64,000 nucleotides of DNA from Mobula hypostoma (GCF_963921235.1 NC_086108.1:2790001-2854000), one strand, 5' to 3'; shown: positions 1 to 13,290, numbered from the stretch's first letter. Made by a program: numbers and translations. The notes: generated by a model from the sequence alone, not told the origin.

Positions 1-272
1 CCTTTACCAATTTGGTTCACCCAATCTACATGTAGATTGAAGTCACCCATTATAACTGCTGTTCCTTTATTGCACACATTTCTAATTTCCTGTTTAATAC
101 CATCTCCGACCTCACTACTACTGTTAGGTGGCCTGTACACAACTCCCACCAGCGTTTTCTGCCCCTTAGTGTTACGCAGCTCTACCCATATCGATTCCAC
201 ATCTTCCCGGCTTATGTCCTTCCTTTCTATTGCGTTAATCTCATCTTTAACCAGCAACGCCACCCCACCTCT
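1..272 (-). mobile_element. CR1 LINE ORF2 endonuclease fragment
   Basis: Minus-strand translation gives GGVALLVK...ESIWVELRN...GVVYRPPN...IMGDFN (APE domain). Confidence 0.85.
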
Positions 273-324
273 TGAGAATATACTTTGAAAGTTTGAACTT
301 TGAATCTCATTGTGTGCCTTGTAT

Positions 325-1043
325 TGTGGACTAGACAGGGCAGGACTTACACAGGGACATGGCAATACAGATCCATAATTCCTCGGAAGTGTCATCATAG
401 ATAGATAGGGTCATAAGCTTTTGGCACATTGGCCTTCATAAGTCAAAGTCTTCAGTACAGGAGATGGGATGTTATGTCGAAGTTTGGTGAGGGCAAATTT
501 GGAGTATTGTGTGCAGTTGTGATCACCTGTCTACAGAAAAGATGTCAATAAGCTTGAAAGAGTGCAGAGAAAATTTACAAGCATGTTGCTGGGACTTGAG
601 GACCTGAGTTATAGGTTACGACTTTCTCCCCTGGAATGTAGAAGATTGAGGGGAGATTTGATAGTAGTATACAAAATTATAGGTAGGGGTTTAAAATTAT
701 ATTAAGGGTAAATGCAGGCAAGCTATTTCCACTGGGGTTGGGTGAGACTAGGACTAAAGGTCATAGGTTATGGGAGAAAGGTCAAATATTTAAAGAGAAC
801 ATGACAAGGAACTTCTTCACTTAAAGGGTGGTGTGCATGTAGTACGTGTTATCAGCAGAAGAGGTGGATACAGGTTCAAATGCAACATTTAAGAGAAGTT
901 AGGATAGGTACATGGATGGGAAGGGTATGGGGGGGGGGGGCTATAGTCCAGGTGCGAGTCAATGGAACTAGGAAGAGTAACAGTTCAGCACAGATAGATG
1001 GGCCGAAGGGCGTGTTTCTGTGCTGCAGTGTTCTATACTCTAT
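325..1043 (+). mobile_element. Degraded CR1 3' fragment
   Basis: EYCVQ/ERVQRKFT-type coding remnants and a CR1 3' UTR (gggccgaagggc...). Confidence 0.8.
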
Positions 1044-1091
1044 AATCATCACCTTCACCTGGGGAAATGGAGAAAACCTATTTTTACCAAC

Positions 1092-1939
1092 CTCATATTT
1101 CACTCTCTTTTCTTCTTCCTCTCCCTCCTCCTCTTCATCCTCACTATCCTCTTCTTTGCTGCTTTCCAAATCACGGTTCCTCTTCCACTCCTGTTCAATC
1201 TCACCCTCGTGTCTCTTCTTCAAGTCCACGCTAAAGTGATGGTGTCTCTTATCCTCGATCTCCTGTTGCTCGAGGGATTGCTTGCTACCCTCTCCCTGCA
1301 GGTGGGTTCCGACCCCCAGCATCTTCATCCCTTTCTGCCCTGCTTCAAACTGATCAGTCTCTTCATCACTGGCATTCTCCTGAACTCGCTTCTCAACACT
1401 CACCGGTCCGTGCTTGTTCCCCGTGCTGCCATCATCTTTCCCTTCACCCCAGTGTTTCTTCCCTCCTTGCTGGTTTCCCAGTTCCTGCTTGGCGATCTTC
1501 TTGAGGAGCTCATCGATCTTGAGGAGGTCACGTTCCTCTTGCCCAACCTCACTGGAACTTTGATCCTCCTCAGATGACTCACCATGCCTCCTCTCAGAAC
1601 TTTCTTTGTCTTTATCAACAACCTCTTCCTTGCTCGCATGGACCACTGCCTTGGTGTCATCTTTACTGTTAACAGCTTCCTTGTCTTCGTGTTGTTCCTC
1701 CATGTTCAGCTCTTCGCTTTTCTTGTTCTGCTCTTTGCTTTTCCTGTATCGCACCATGTCTTCCTCTTCCTTTGAAAGGAGATCCTTCTTCACATGGGAT
1801 CCTCCTTGGCCATTGAGATCTTCCCCCCTTTCATCCCTCTTCTCCAAATTCTCTGCCTCATTCCACTCTGTGACTCCTGCCATCGGGTAGTTCCACTTCT
1901 TGTCACCATTGAGAGACCTTTGCTTGGCTGAACTCTCTC
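1092..1939 (-). CDS. CCER2: Granin precursor large acidic coding exon 5 with many dibasic sites
   Basis: Lies within ORF 876..1958. Acceptor tgtttcttgtccacag, in frame with exon 4 (G|GA GAG AGT). E/K-rich with multiple KR/KK/RR sites and the motif KRVQENASDEETDQFE. The 3' end is inferred at GAG|gttggt (phase 0); alternative donors lie nearby. Confidence 0.85.
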
Positions 1940-3404
1940 CTGTGGACAAGAAACACAAGGGTTAAAACATTCGAGGATGTTGCCATGAGGAAAGATGGGA
2001 TAAATTAGGGCAGTTTGTTGAGAGGAGTCTTAATAGATTGATAGCTTCTTAATTAGTAAGGGCATCAAAGGACAGGGGGAGAAGGTAGGAGAATGGGGTA
2101 GGGTGGGGAAAAAGTTGTGGAGAAGACTCGATGGGCCAGTTAGCATTCTGTTCCTATTACACGGTCTAATCAGGATATAAAATAGTGAGGGGACGAGATA
2201 GAATAAGTAGGAGGGACCCTGGAGGAATTGCGAACTAAGGATTAGATGGAAAGTGATGACAGGTTCCTTGAGGTTTTTATAGCTGGGGGTGGCAAGCTCC
2301 CGCTCCCAATGACATGCACCTCAAATAGTCTCTGACAACCCAAGTCCAGTCCTGTCCTTTATATGCGGCTTAGTTACCAAACCCAGCAGAATCATTTCTA
2401 CTGACAGGAGAAGGAGAAAAGGCGGGTTACTGGTGCCTTAAAACCAGTCACTTCAGGCAGATGGGGCTCGTCAGCCGTAGTTGGCAGCTCATCTTGGAGA
2501 AGGAAAACTCTGATCTCAAACCTCCACTGCCTTCTGGCTGTACCCACTCATGGGGGAGGCTTTGAGAGTAAAGCCAGAGGAAAATTTCAGAGCTGGAGTC
2601 CCTAAGGCAGTCTTACGCTGAGTTCAACACTGACTGGCAACTCCTGCAACACATTCCTTTGGGTTCATCAGCTGGTGGACTACTGCCAGGAAAATTGGCC
2701 TTGATAAAAGCTCCCATCCAGTTCACTGACCAATCCCACAGGCACTGGCCCCCATCATTGGGCTAGTTTGTCTTGAGGTCCTCAACAATGCCTCAACTAG
2801 CTGCTCTCCTGCCGGATGCCATTATCACGTTATTGGTTCTACACCAGATTGACTGAGCCTGACTGAGAAATGTGGCTCGTTGACAGGATTCCTGCCTCTG
2901 AGGCAGGAGGCTGTGGGTTCAAGTCCCACTCCAGCCCAGAATTTGGTGGGATGGGGTGGTAATGTTGCAGTCTGAAAGGGCTCATATCAAGGCATCTTAT
3001 TCCAAGTCTCTGGATATGGAGGATTTCCTGCCTTTTATCTTGAGGAAGAGTGAGCCATTTCTTCCTGATGTCCTGTGGCCAGCAAAGAGCTAAGCTTTAT
3101 TTGTCAGATGTATACCAACAGTGAAATGCATTGTTTGTGTCAACAACCACAGTCCAAGATGCTCAGGAGGGAGCCCACAAGTGTTGCACCTACATAGCAT
3201 GCCCACAGCTTACTAAGCCTAACACGTACATTTTTGGAATGTAGGAGGAAACCAGAGCACCTGGTGGAAACCAACATGAGAATGTACAAACACCTCATGG
3301 GCAGCAGAGAGAAATAAACATCCACCTTACAGCTGGCTCTACAAAGCATTACGCCAATTGTGTACTTAATATTTCAGTAATATTTGAGTAATCTTGTAAA
3401 TCTT

Positions 3405-5650
3405 TTCATTTCAATATAATTATGGAGAAGGATAGGACTGGACCCAAGGTTGAGATTTTTGAATGGAGAAAGTCTAACTTTGAGGAGATGCGAAAGGATT
3501 TAGAAGGAATGGATTGGGGCAATTTGTTTTATGGGAAGGATGTAATAGAGAAATGGGGGTCATTTAAAGGTGAAATTTTGAGGGTACAGGATCTTTATGT
3601 TCCTGTTAGGTTGAAAGGAAAGGTTAAAAGTTTGAGAGAGCCATGGTTTTCAAGGGATATTGGAAACTTGGTTCGGAAAAAGAGAGATATCTACAATAAA
3701 TATAGGCAGCTTGGAGTAAATGAGGTGCTCAAGGAATATAAAGAATGTAAAAAGAATCTTAAGAAAGAAATTAGAAAAACTAAAAGAAGATATGAGGTTG
3801 CTTTGGCAAGTAAGGTGAAAATAAATCCCAAGGGTTTCTACAGTTATATTAATAACAAAAGGATAGTGAGGGATAAAATTGGTCACTTAGAGAATCAGAG
3901 TGGACGGCTATGTGCAGAGCCAAAAAAGATGGGAAGATTTTGAACAATTTCTTTTCTCCGGTATTCACTAAGGAGAAGGATATTGAATTGTGTAAGGTAA
4001 GGGAAACAGGTAGGGAAGTTATGGAAACAATGATGATTAAAGAAGAGGAAGTACTGGAGCTTTTAAGGAATATAAAAGTGGATAAGTCTCTGGGTCCTGA
4101 CAGGATATTCCCTAGGACCTTGAGGGAAGTTAGTGTGAAAATAGCATGGGCTCTGACAGAAATATTTCAAATGTCATTAGAAACGGGAATGGTGCCGGAG
4201 GATTGGCGTATTGCTCATGTTGTTCGATTGTTTAAAAAGGGTTCTAAGAGTAAACCTAGCAATTATCGGCCTGTGAGTTTGACGTCAGTGGTGGGTAAAT
4301 TGATGGAAAGTATTCTTAGAGATGGTATATATAATTATCTGGATAGAGAGGGTCTGGTTAGGAACAGTCAACATGGATTTGTGTGTGGAAAGTCATGTTT
4401 GACAAATCTTATTGAATTTTTTGAAGAGGTTACAAGGAAAGTTGACAACGGTAAAGCGGTGGATGTTGTCTATATGGACTTCAGTAAGGCCTTTGACAAG
4501 GTTCCACACGAAAGGTTAGTTAGGAAGGTTCAATCGTTAGGTATTAATATTGAAGTAGTAAAATGGATTCAGCAGTGGCTGGATGGGAGATGCCAGAGAG
4601 TAGTGGTGGATAACTGTTTGTCAGATTGGAGGCCGGTGACTAGTGGTGTGCCTCAGGGATCTGTACTGGGTCCAATGTTGTTTGTCATATACATTAATGA
4701 TCTGGATGATGGAGTGGTAAATTGGATTAGTAAATATGCAGATGATACTAAGATGGGTGGCATTGTGGATGATGAAGTAGGTTTTCAAAGCTTGCAGAGA
4801 GATTTAGGCCAGTTAGAAGAGTGGGCTGAAAGATGGCAAATGGAGTTTAATCTGATAAATGTGAGGTGCTACATTTTGGTAGGACTAATCAAAATAGGAC
4901 ATACATGGTAAATGGTAGGGCATTGAAGAATGCAGTAGAACAGAGGGATCTAGGAATAATGGTGCATAGTTCCCTGAAGGTGGAATCTCGTGTGGATAGG
5001 GTGGTGAAGAAAGCTTTTGGTATGCTGGCCTCTATAAATCAGAGCATTGAGTATAGGAGTTGGGATGTAATGTTGAAATTGTACAAAGCATTGGTAAGGC
5101 CAAATTTGGAGTATTTTGTACAGTTCTGGTCAACAAGGAAAGATGTCAATAAAATTGAGAGAGTACAGAGGAGATTTACTAGAATGTTCCTTGGGTTTCA
5201 TCTCCTAAGTTACGGAGAAAGGTTGAACAAGTTGGGTCTTTATTCTTTGGAGCGTAGAAGGTTGAAGGGGGACTTGATAGAGGTATTTAAAATTATGAGG
5301 GGGATTGATAGAGTTCACGTGGATAGGCTTTTCCATTGAGAGTGGGAGAGATTCAAACAAGAGGACATGAGTTGAGATTTAAAGGGCAAAAGTTTAGGGG
5401 TAACATGAGGGGGAACTTCTTTACTCAGAGAGTGGTAGCTGTGTGGAACGAGCTTCCAGCAGAAGTGGTTGAGGTAGGTTCAATGTTGTTGTTTAAAGTT
5501 AAATTGGATAGATGTATGGACAGGAAAGGAATGGAGGGTTATGGGCTGAGTGCAGGTCGGTGGGACTAGGTGAGAGTAAGAGTTTGGCACGGACTAGAAG
5601 GGTCGAGATGGCCTGTTTCTGTGCTGTAATTGTTATATGGTTATATGGTT
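3405..5650 (+). mobile_element. 5'-truncated CR1 LINE (RT), frameshifted
   Basis: ORFs 3422-5569 with NYRPVSLTS, DFSKAFDKV, GVPQGSVLGP and YADD; (TTATATGG)n tail. Confidence 0.95.
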
Positions 5651-6904
5651 AAATATATCGTTTGCTTAAGCATTCTTGTTTGTTGAAATAATTACAGGTC
5701 ATATGTACGTGACCTGCATATATCATTACGTTACCACGTGACACATGCACACCTCTCTTAAAGTAAACTTGAAGTTAGACCTGTACTTTGGACTCCAGCG
5801 TCTTCTTTTGAATTAGTTTAATGTTTTTCAGTTACAAAACATAGGAGCAGAATTAGGCCATTCAGCCATTTCATCATGGCTGATCCATTTTCCCTCTCAG
5901 CCCCAATCTCCTGCCGTCTCCCCGTATCCCTTCATGCCCTGACTAATGAAGAATCTATCAACCTCTGCCTCAAATATACCCAATGACTTGGTCTCCATGG
6001 GTGCCTGTGGTAATGAATTCCACAGATTCACCACCCTCTGGCTAAAGAAATTCCTCCTCATCTCCATTCAAAATGAATTCTGAACCCGAGTCCTTTGGTC
6101 TTAAACTCCTCCACCATAGTACAAATCCTCTCTATATCCACTCTATCAAAGCCTTTCAACAGACGATAGATTTGAATTAGGTCACCCCTCATTCTTCTGA
6201 GTCAAGGCCCAGAGCCATTAAACGCTCATGCGATAAGCCTTTCAACCCCGGAATCCTTTTCGTGAATCTCCTTTGAACGCTGCCCAATGTCAGCACATCC
6301 TAAGGGTCCAAATCTGCTCCCAATACTCCAAATGAAGCCTCACCAGTGCTTTATAAAGCCCCAATATTACATCCTTGCTTTTATATTCTAGTCCTCTTGA
6401 AATGAATGCTAACATCGCATTTGTTGTCCTGCAAATTAACTATGCTGATTACCCAACTAATATCATTACTATGGATTATCACGTCGCTGCCGCTGGTGCT
6501 CCTGACCTCACTGGATCTCCTAAATAACAACAAGGACTGTAAGTTCATTGGCTAACGACCATACTGAGATTATGAAAGTCCTTATCAAGATGCAGGTCTG
6601 CCTTTGATCATTCTACCAGTGTCTTGAGGACAGGTCATTTTAAGATAGGGTTTGAAAATCTAAAATAGTGCAGAAGATAGAAATCTGAGGTAACAATAGG
6701 GAATGGTGGAGGTACTCAGAACATCAGGCAGCATCTGTGGTAAGAAAAGACCAGAATCAATGCCTCAGATTGGAGACCCTTCGTCAGATCCGGGCAAGTG
6801 AGAAAGCAACTTTATTTTACAAGGAGGATGGGGTGGGATGGATAGAGTGAAGAGAATATGTGAAGGAAATGTATCCTCAGGTCGACAACTGATAAACAGT
6901 AACT

Positions 6905-7455
6905 ATATTTCACTGGGAGTTTGAGGAGACTTGGTATGTCACTAAAGACTCTCAAATATTGCTACATGTGTACTGTGAAGAGCATTTTAACCAGCAGCAT
7001 CACCATCTGGTACGGAGGTGTTAATGTACGGGATTGGAAAACGCTGCAGAAAGTTGTGAGCTCAGTCAGTTCCATCACGGACACCCACCTCCACAGCATC
7101 CAGGACATCTTCAAAAGGCCATGGCTCAGAAAGGCAGCTTCTGTCATTCAAGACCCCCACCACCCAGGACGTGCCCTCTTCTCATTGCCACCATCAGGGA
7201 GGAGGTACAGAAGCCTGAAGGCATACACTCAGTGATTCAAGAACAGCTTCTTCCCCTCTGCCATCCGATTTCAGAACAGTCCATGAACAGTACCTCATTA
7301 AGTTTCTGTCTTGCTTTTTGCGCTACTAATATAATTTAATTTTTAAATATAAATTTCTTACTATAATTTATAGTTTTGTTATTATTATGCATTGCATTGT
7401 ACTGCTGCCACATAACAAATTTCATGACATATGCCGTGATATTAAATCTGACTCT
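6905..7455 (+). mobile_element. Rex1/Babar-type LINE 3' fragment
   Basis: SILTSSITIWYG...LPPSGRRYRSLK C-terminal motif followed by an AT-rich 3' UTR. Many similar fragments occur across the window. Confidence 0.75.
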
Positions 7456-7554
7456 GGTCCTCAGCTGCTTCTCGGTAGAAATTAAACTTGACTATTCATA
7501 CTGGGGAATTTATTGAGAGGAAAGAGAAGAGACACAGAAATATAAAGATAAGGA

Positions 7555-8170
7555 GAGAAGGGAGGGGGAGAGAGAGGGGGGGGGAGAGAGAGAGGGGGGA
7601 GAGGAGGGAGGGAGAGAGGGAGGGAGAGAGGGAGGGAGAGAGGGAGGGAGAGAGGGAGGGAGAGAGGGAGGGAGAGAGGGAGGGAGAGAGGGAGGGGGGA
7701 GAGGGAGGGGGGAGAGGGAGGGGGGAGAGGGAGGGGGGAGAGGGAGGGGGGAGAGGGAGGGGGGAGAGGGAAGGAGAGAGGGAAGGAGAGAGGGAGGGGG
7801 GAGAGGGAAGGAGAGAGGGAGGGGGTGAGGGAAGGAGAGAGGGAGGGGGTGAGAGAAGGAGAGAGGGAGGGGGTGAGAGAAGGAGAGAGGGAGGGGTTGG
7901 AGAGAAGGAGAGGGGGGAGAGAGAAGGAGAGAGGGAGGGGGAGAGAGGACAGAGAGACAGCAGAGAGATGATCGAGAATTAGAGAGAGGGGATAGAAAGA
8001 AGATAGTGAGAAGGAAAAGAGATTGAGGGGATGGGGAAGGGGAGAGACATAGATAGGTAGATAGATAAAATGAGGGGGGAGAAAACGGATACAAATAAAT
8101 GGTGAGTGAAAAAAGATAGAAAGAGATGGAACGAGAGTGTGAGATAGACTCGAGAGAGAGAGAATGAGAG
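7555..8170. repeat. GA-rich microsatellite / low-complexity tract in intron 4
   Basis: (GAGAGGGA)-type units; strongly purine-biased plus strand. Confidence 0.95.
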
Positions 8171-8252
8171 ATGGTGAGAATCCTACAATTGTTTGCAGGT
8201 GGATGTTTACACCACAAACGACAGCCACAGCAGTTTGACGTGGTCACTGTAC

Positions 8253-8321
8253 CGTGATGTGTGAGTTCCTCCAGCTCCCTCAGAAGATTCTGATGATGCA
8301 CCATAGCCAGAACTGTCTCAT
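8253..8321 (-). CDS. CCER2: Granin precursor coding exon 4 (DETVLAMVHHQNLLRELEELTHH)
   Basis: Acceptor ccctctcctgctag and donor CACG|gtacag. 69 nt, phase 1 to 1. Matches CHGA DERILSILRHQNLLKELQDLA. Confidence 0.9.
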
Positions 8322-8560
8322 CTAGCAGGAGGGATAAATACTGCAGTTAGCACTGTGACCATCTTAAATGCAAAGGATTGAAAAAGATCCAGGCAGATTA
8401 TGAAAATATAGTCGAAAGGATGCACAGCAACAGAGACAGAGAGACACAGTGAGTGACAGAGAGAGAGAGACAGAGAGCATGTAGCAGACATGCAGTTGCA
8501 CAACTGGGAGAGAGGCAGAGAATGGGCAGAGGAAAGTATCGGAGGAACGGGCTGACTAAC

Positions 8561-8651
8561 CTTCTTTGAGAATGTTGCTGCATTCATCACTGAGAGGCAG
8601 TGAGGGTTTGGAGAGAGTATCTGAAATCACCTCGGCAATACATCTGGTAAC
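8561..8651 (-). CDS. CCER2: Granin precursor coding exon 3: disulfide loop VTRCIAEVISDTLSKPSLPLSDECSNILKE
   Basis: Acceptor tctccccctgcag and donor GAAG|gttagt. 91 nt. Close match to the chromogranin A/B N-terminal Cys-loop (CHGA CIVEVISDTLSKPS...EC). Confidence 0.93.
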
Positions 8652-9789
8652 CTGCAGGGGGAGACAAAGGTACAGATGGACACTGAATTGCAGGTCGTTC
8701 AACCTCCCGAAGACTAACTGCCCCTTATTCCGTTCATGTTTAATAGATATCACAAACAAAATCAGCATGATAATTCCCATCCCTCACTCTCCCTGAACTG
8801 CCACCTAATGATGGAAAGTAACAACCTTATCAGGCAAACTTGCTGGAGGATCTCAAGGGGTCAAGCAGCATCTGTGGAGGGAAATGGACAGTCAGCCTAA
8901 TGGCATGAATTTCAATTCCGCCTTCCAGTTTAAAAACCCTTTCCCTCCCCCTCTTCTTCTATTCCTCACTCTGGCCTCTTACTCTTTCTCGCCTGCCTAC
9001 CACCTCCCTTGGTGCCCCTCCTCCTTCCCTTTCTCCTGGACGGTTTGACTTGTGGTTTAAAGTTTTATTTTTGGTGTTTTTCGCTTGTCTATTTGTGCCA
9101 TATGCACATGGCGGGGGCGGGGGGGCGGGGTTGATGTTTTTCTTTGAACAGGTTCCATGGTTTTCCTGGTTTTGTAACTGTCTGTGAAAAGATGAATCTC
9201 AGGGTTGTATACTGCATACATACTTCAATAACAAATGTACTTTGAATCTTCAGTCCACTCTATTCTCCTATCAGATTCCTTCCTCTCCAGCCCTTGACCT
9301 TTCCTACCCATTTGGCTTCAGCTATCACCTTCCAGCTGTCCTCCTTCCCCTCCCTCCACCTTTTCATTCTGGTGTCTTACCCTTTCTCCCTTCCTCCTCA
9401 GTCCTGATGAAGGGTCTCAGCCCAAAATGTCCACTGCTTATTCACTTCCATGGATGTTGTCTGACCTGCTGAGTTCCTCCAGAATTTTGTGTGTGTTGCT
9501 CTGGATTTCCAGCACTTGCAGAAGTTCTTGTGTTTATGAATCAACTTCTCTGGTTATTTCAGCAGTGTCTTGTGTCTCCAAATCACACTGTGTCTGGAGT
9601 TACATATAGTGTATAACAAGTTAGGGTAAATGATTTGGCCCATGTGAATGTACAAGATGGACACTATTACTAACAGCTTAAACTCAAATATTTAACAATG
9701 TCAAGGAGGAATTTGTTCTCATTTGCACAAGCCCATAAGGCATCAGCGCAGAATTAGGTCATTTGGCCTTTCATCTGCTCTGCCAAACA

Positions 9790-10740
9790 AACTTGGACAA
9801 CTAATATTTTAGAACATGTTGCTTCCTCAGAAATTTGGTTTGTTGATGAGAGACTGCTTGAAGCTGAACAGAAATACAACTTCAATTTGGAGAAACAAGA
9901 AATTAACTTTTATTGAGTATAATGCATTTAATTGCATAGCTTTGCAGTAGTTCAACTAAGCTAACAATGTTTTGTTGATGATTTTCATTTGTGCTCAGTG
10001 TCTGAGGCTTCTCACTTAAGTGTCCAACAATAATCAGCCAGTATTGATGGATTCCAGTTGCCCTGAAACAGTTTCTCTATGATCGCAATGTCCTGGTGAA
10101 ACCTTTCACTGCGTTCGTCACTGACAGCGCTAAGGTTTTCTGGGAAGAAGTCTAAATGGGAAGGCAGAAAATGAATCTTTAGTGACATGTTGCACTTCAT
10201 GGTTTCTTCTCCGTGGATTGTCACCTTGTTGCGGTGGAGAGGCTTGTGTGGTCCTGTGATCCCGAGAGCAATGCTGTCTGGAGCTATGCTCCTGGTAGGG
10301 TCACCCATGGCGGTAAGGTCAAGGGTGAGGTCCCTGACAAAGAACAATCCAACCAAGACCTCAACGGTGGAACAGGCAGAAGAAGTTACTTTAAACTCAA
10401 TGGCTGTGAAGGCGGATGAAGGCTGCAACAAATCCACCAGCTCCAATCGTCGTGGTTTCCGTGCCATTGGAACCAGTTGGTTGATTTGTGAAGTATCGTG
10501 TGCTTCTTGGAGTGCAACATCAAGTACACGTTAAACAAATACACGCACAGGCGTCTTCACTCTGTGGGTCACTTCTTCAGAACGAAGACCATCATCCTCG
10601 ACCTTGAGGGATAGCCACGACGACGACGACTTCATGGTTTCAGCTCACATTGTGGGCAGCATTTCAACTGACTTGAAATGTGAATCGAGATAACAAATAA
10701 AGACGATTTTTAGAAAATGATACATAATAGGGGATTTCAC
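9790..10740 (-). mobile_element. DNA transposon remnant (Chapaev3-like transposase C-terminus), interrupted by an RTE-related insert
   Basis: MKCNMSLKIHFL.SHLDFFPENL.AVSDE..ERFHQDI...LADYCW; same family as 38993-39764. Superfamily name is from memory. Confidence 0.7.
10207..10628 (+). mobile_element. RTE-related non-autonomous element/SINE with (ACG)n tail
   Basis: 13-bp TSD ACTTCATGGTTTC at 10194-10206 and 10629-10641. RTE/BovB-like 5' UTR head (CACCTTGTTGCGGTGGAGAGGCTTG...GGGTCACCCA). Confidence 0.8.
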
Positions 10741-11064
10741 ATAGATTGAAGCTCTGTCGTTGCCAAGACAATTTTCAACAACATCCTTGAATGTCTTCCA
10801 TTCAGAACAGAGATGCAAAGGAATTTTTTTAGCCAGAGGGTGGTGAATCTGTGGAATTTGTTGCCACGGGCGGCAGTGGAGGCCAAAACATTGGGTGTAT
10901 TTAAGGTAGAGATTGATAGGTATCTGAGTAGCCAGGGTATCAAAGGTTATGGTGAGAAGGCGTGGGAGTGAGACTAAATGGGAGAATGGATCAGCTCATG
11001 ATGAAATGGCAGAGGACAAAAGGCAGTGGACATTTGAGCAAAGCCAAGACAGGGACTAATTTAC

Positions 11065-11111
11065 CTTATCATCGTCCTTCAGGATCTTGGATGACAGTGG
11101 TCGACAGGTCA
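11065..11111 (-). CDS. CCER2: Granin precursor coding exon 2 (VTCRPLSSKILKDDDK)
   Basis: Acceptor tttctctcttgcag and donor AAG|gtaaat. 47 nt, phase 1 to 0. Corresponds to CHGA VTALPVNSPMNKGDTE. Confidence 0.8.
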
Positions 11112-12127
11112 CTGCAAGAGAGAAACAGTTGATGTACAGTGACAGGCAGGGCAGTCAATGTTAACACAACTCTGAGGTACAACCCCAGCCTCTATCCTGC
11201 ACCTCCCGCCCCCAGGATGTCTCAGCTAACTCCCCCAGTCTCTTTGGAGCTGGACGACACTCAGTGCACCAGGTTAGATCACACTTGGCGTATCGAGCTC
11301 AGTTTCAGTCACCTCATGATTGGAAGGATGTGGAAGGTTTTCTGAGGGGGCAATCTGCGAGCTTTTTGTGCAGCGGGGGGGGTCAGGGGTTTGGGATTTG
11401 AGAGTTTTGTTTCTTTTTCCTTTTCAATGACTCCCGTGGTTTTTCTGTATTGCATGGCCTTCTGGAGAAGATGAATATCAGAGTTGTATTGTACAGGTAT
11501 ACTTTGACAATAAGATGAACCTTTGAACCTCCAGAAGCTTTAGGGAGGGTGCAGAGGAGCTTTACCAGGATTAAGGAGGTAGATTGTGCTCGGGTTTTTC
11601 CCTTAGGATAAAGGAAGATGAGAGATGACTCGATAGAGGTGTTCAGAATCAGAATCCACAGCAGTACTATGCAATATATAATAATAGGAAAAAAATGTGA
11701 ACTACTATATGTATATTTATTAGTTATATTAAATAACAGAAAAAACAGAAATAAAAAAAGTGAGGTAGTGTTCACGGGTTCAATGTCCGTTCAGGAATCA
11801 GATGGCCGAGGGGAAGAAGTTGTTCCTGAATCACTGAGTTTGTGCCTTCAGGTTCCTGTACCTCCTCCCTGATGGTAGCAATGAGAAGAGGGCATGTCCT
11901 GGGTGATGGGGGTCCTCAATGATGGATGCTGCCTTTGAGGCACCGCTCCTTGAAGATGTCCTGGATACCACGGAGACTAGTGCCCATGATGGAGCTGACT
12001 GAGTTTACAAATCCTAGCAGCTTACTTCGATCCTGTGCAGTAGCCACTGCCCCCCACCCCCCACACCACAAGTTGACGCAGCCTGCTAGAATGCTGTCCG
12101 TGGTACATCTGTAAAAATTTTCAAGTG

Positions 12128-13290
12128 TATATGGATTTCAGCAAGGCATTTGACAAGGTACCCCATGCAAGGCTTATTGAGAAAGTAAGGAGGCATGGGA
12201 TCCAAGGGGACATTGCTTTGTGGATCCAGAACTGGCTTGCCCACAGAAGATAAAGAGTGGCTGTAGACGGGTCATATTCTGCATGGAGGTTGGTGACCAG
12301 CGGTGTGCCTCAGGGATCTGTTCTGGGACCCCTACTCTTTGTGATTTTTAGAAATGACCTGGATGAGGAAGTGAAGGGATGGGTTAGTAAATTTGCTGAT
12401 GACACAAAGGTTGGGGGTGTTGTGGATAGTGTGGAGGGCTGTCAGGGGTTACAGTGGGGTATTAATAGGATGCAAAACTGGGCTGAGAAGTGGCAGATGG
12501 AGTTCAACCCAGATAAGTGTGAAGTGGTTCATTTTGGTAGGTCAAATATGATGGCAGAATATAGTATTAATGGTAAGACTCTTGGCAGTGTGGAGGATCA
12601 GAGGGATCTTGGGGTCCGAGTCCATAGGACACTCAAAGCTGCTGTGCAGGTTATCTCTGTGGTTAAGAAGACATACGGTGTATTGGCCTTCATCAATCGT
12701 GGGATTGAGTTTAAGAGCCGAGAGGTAATGTTACAGCTATATAGGACCCTGGTCAGACCCTACTTGGAGTACTGTGCTCAGTTCTGGTCACCTCACTATA
12801 GGAAGGATGTGGAAACCATAGAAGGGGTGCAGAGGAGATTTACAAGGATGTTGCCTGGATTGGGGGGCATGCCTTATCGGAATAGGTTGAGTGAACTCAG
12901 CCTTTTCTCCTTGGAGCGACAGAGGATGAGAGGTGACCTGATAGAGGTGTATAAGATAATGAGAGGCATTGATCATGTGGATAGTCAGAGGCTTTTCCCC
13001 AGGGCTGAAATGGCTAGCACAAGAGGGCACAGTTTTAAGGTGCTTGGAAGTAGGTACAGAGGAGATGTCAGAGGTCAGTATTTTACGCAGTGGTGAGTGT
13101 GTGGAATGGGCTGCCGGCAATGGAGGTGGATATGATAGGCTCTTTTAAGAGACTCCTGGATAGGTACATGAAGCTTAGAAAAATCGAGGGCTATGGGTAA
13201 GTATAGTAATTTCTAAGGTAGGGACCTGTTCGGCACAACTTTGTGGGCCGAAGGGCCTGTAATGTCCTGTGGGTTTTCTATGTTTCTGTG
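12128..13290 (+). mobile_element. CR1 LINE 3' portion (RT)
   Basis: ORF 12257-13096 with GVPQGSVLGP and FADD; TTCTATGTTTCT tail. Confidence 0.95.

Noticed and set aside
876..1958. The 360-aa ORF as a stand-alone single-exon gene
   Set aside because: Its start lies within the splice acceptor and its last ~55 codons run into an antisense CR1 3' end. It is better explained as an internal exon.
7482..8304. Long Pro/Ser/Leu- or Glu/Gly/Arg-rich ORFs
   Set aside because: These are translations of a GA microsatellite. Only 8253-8321 is a real exon.
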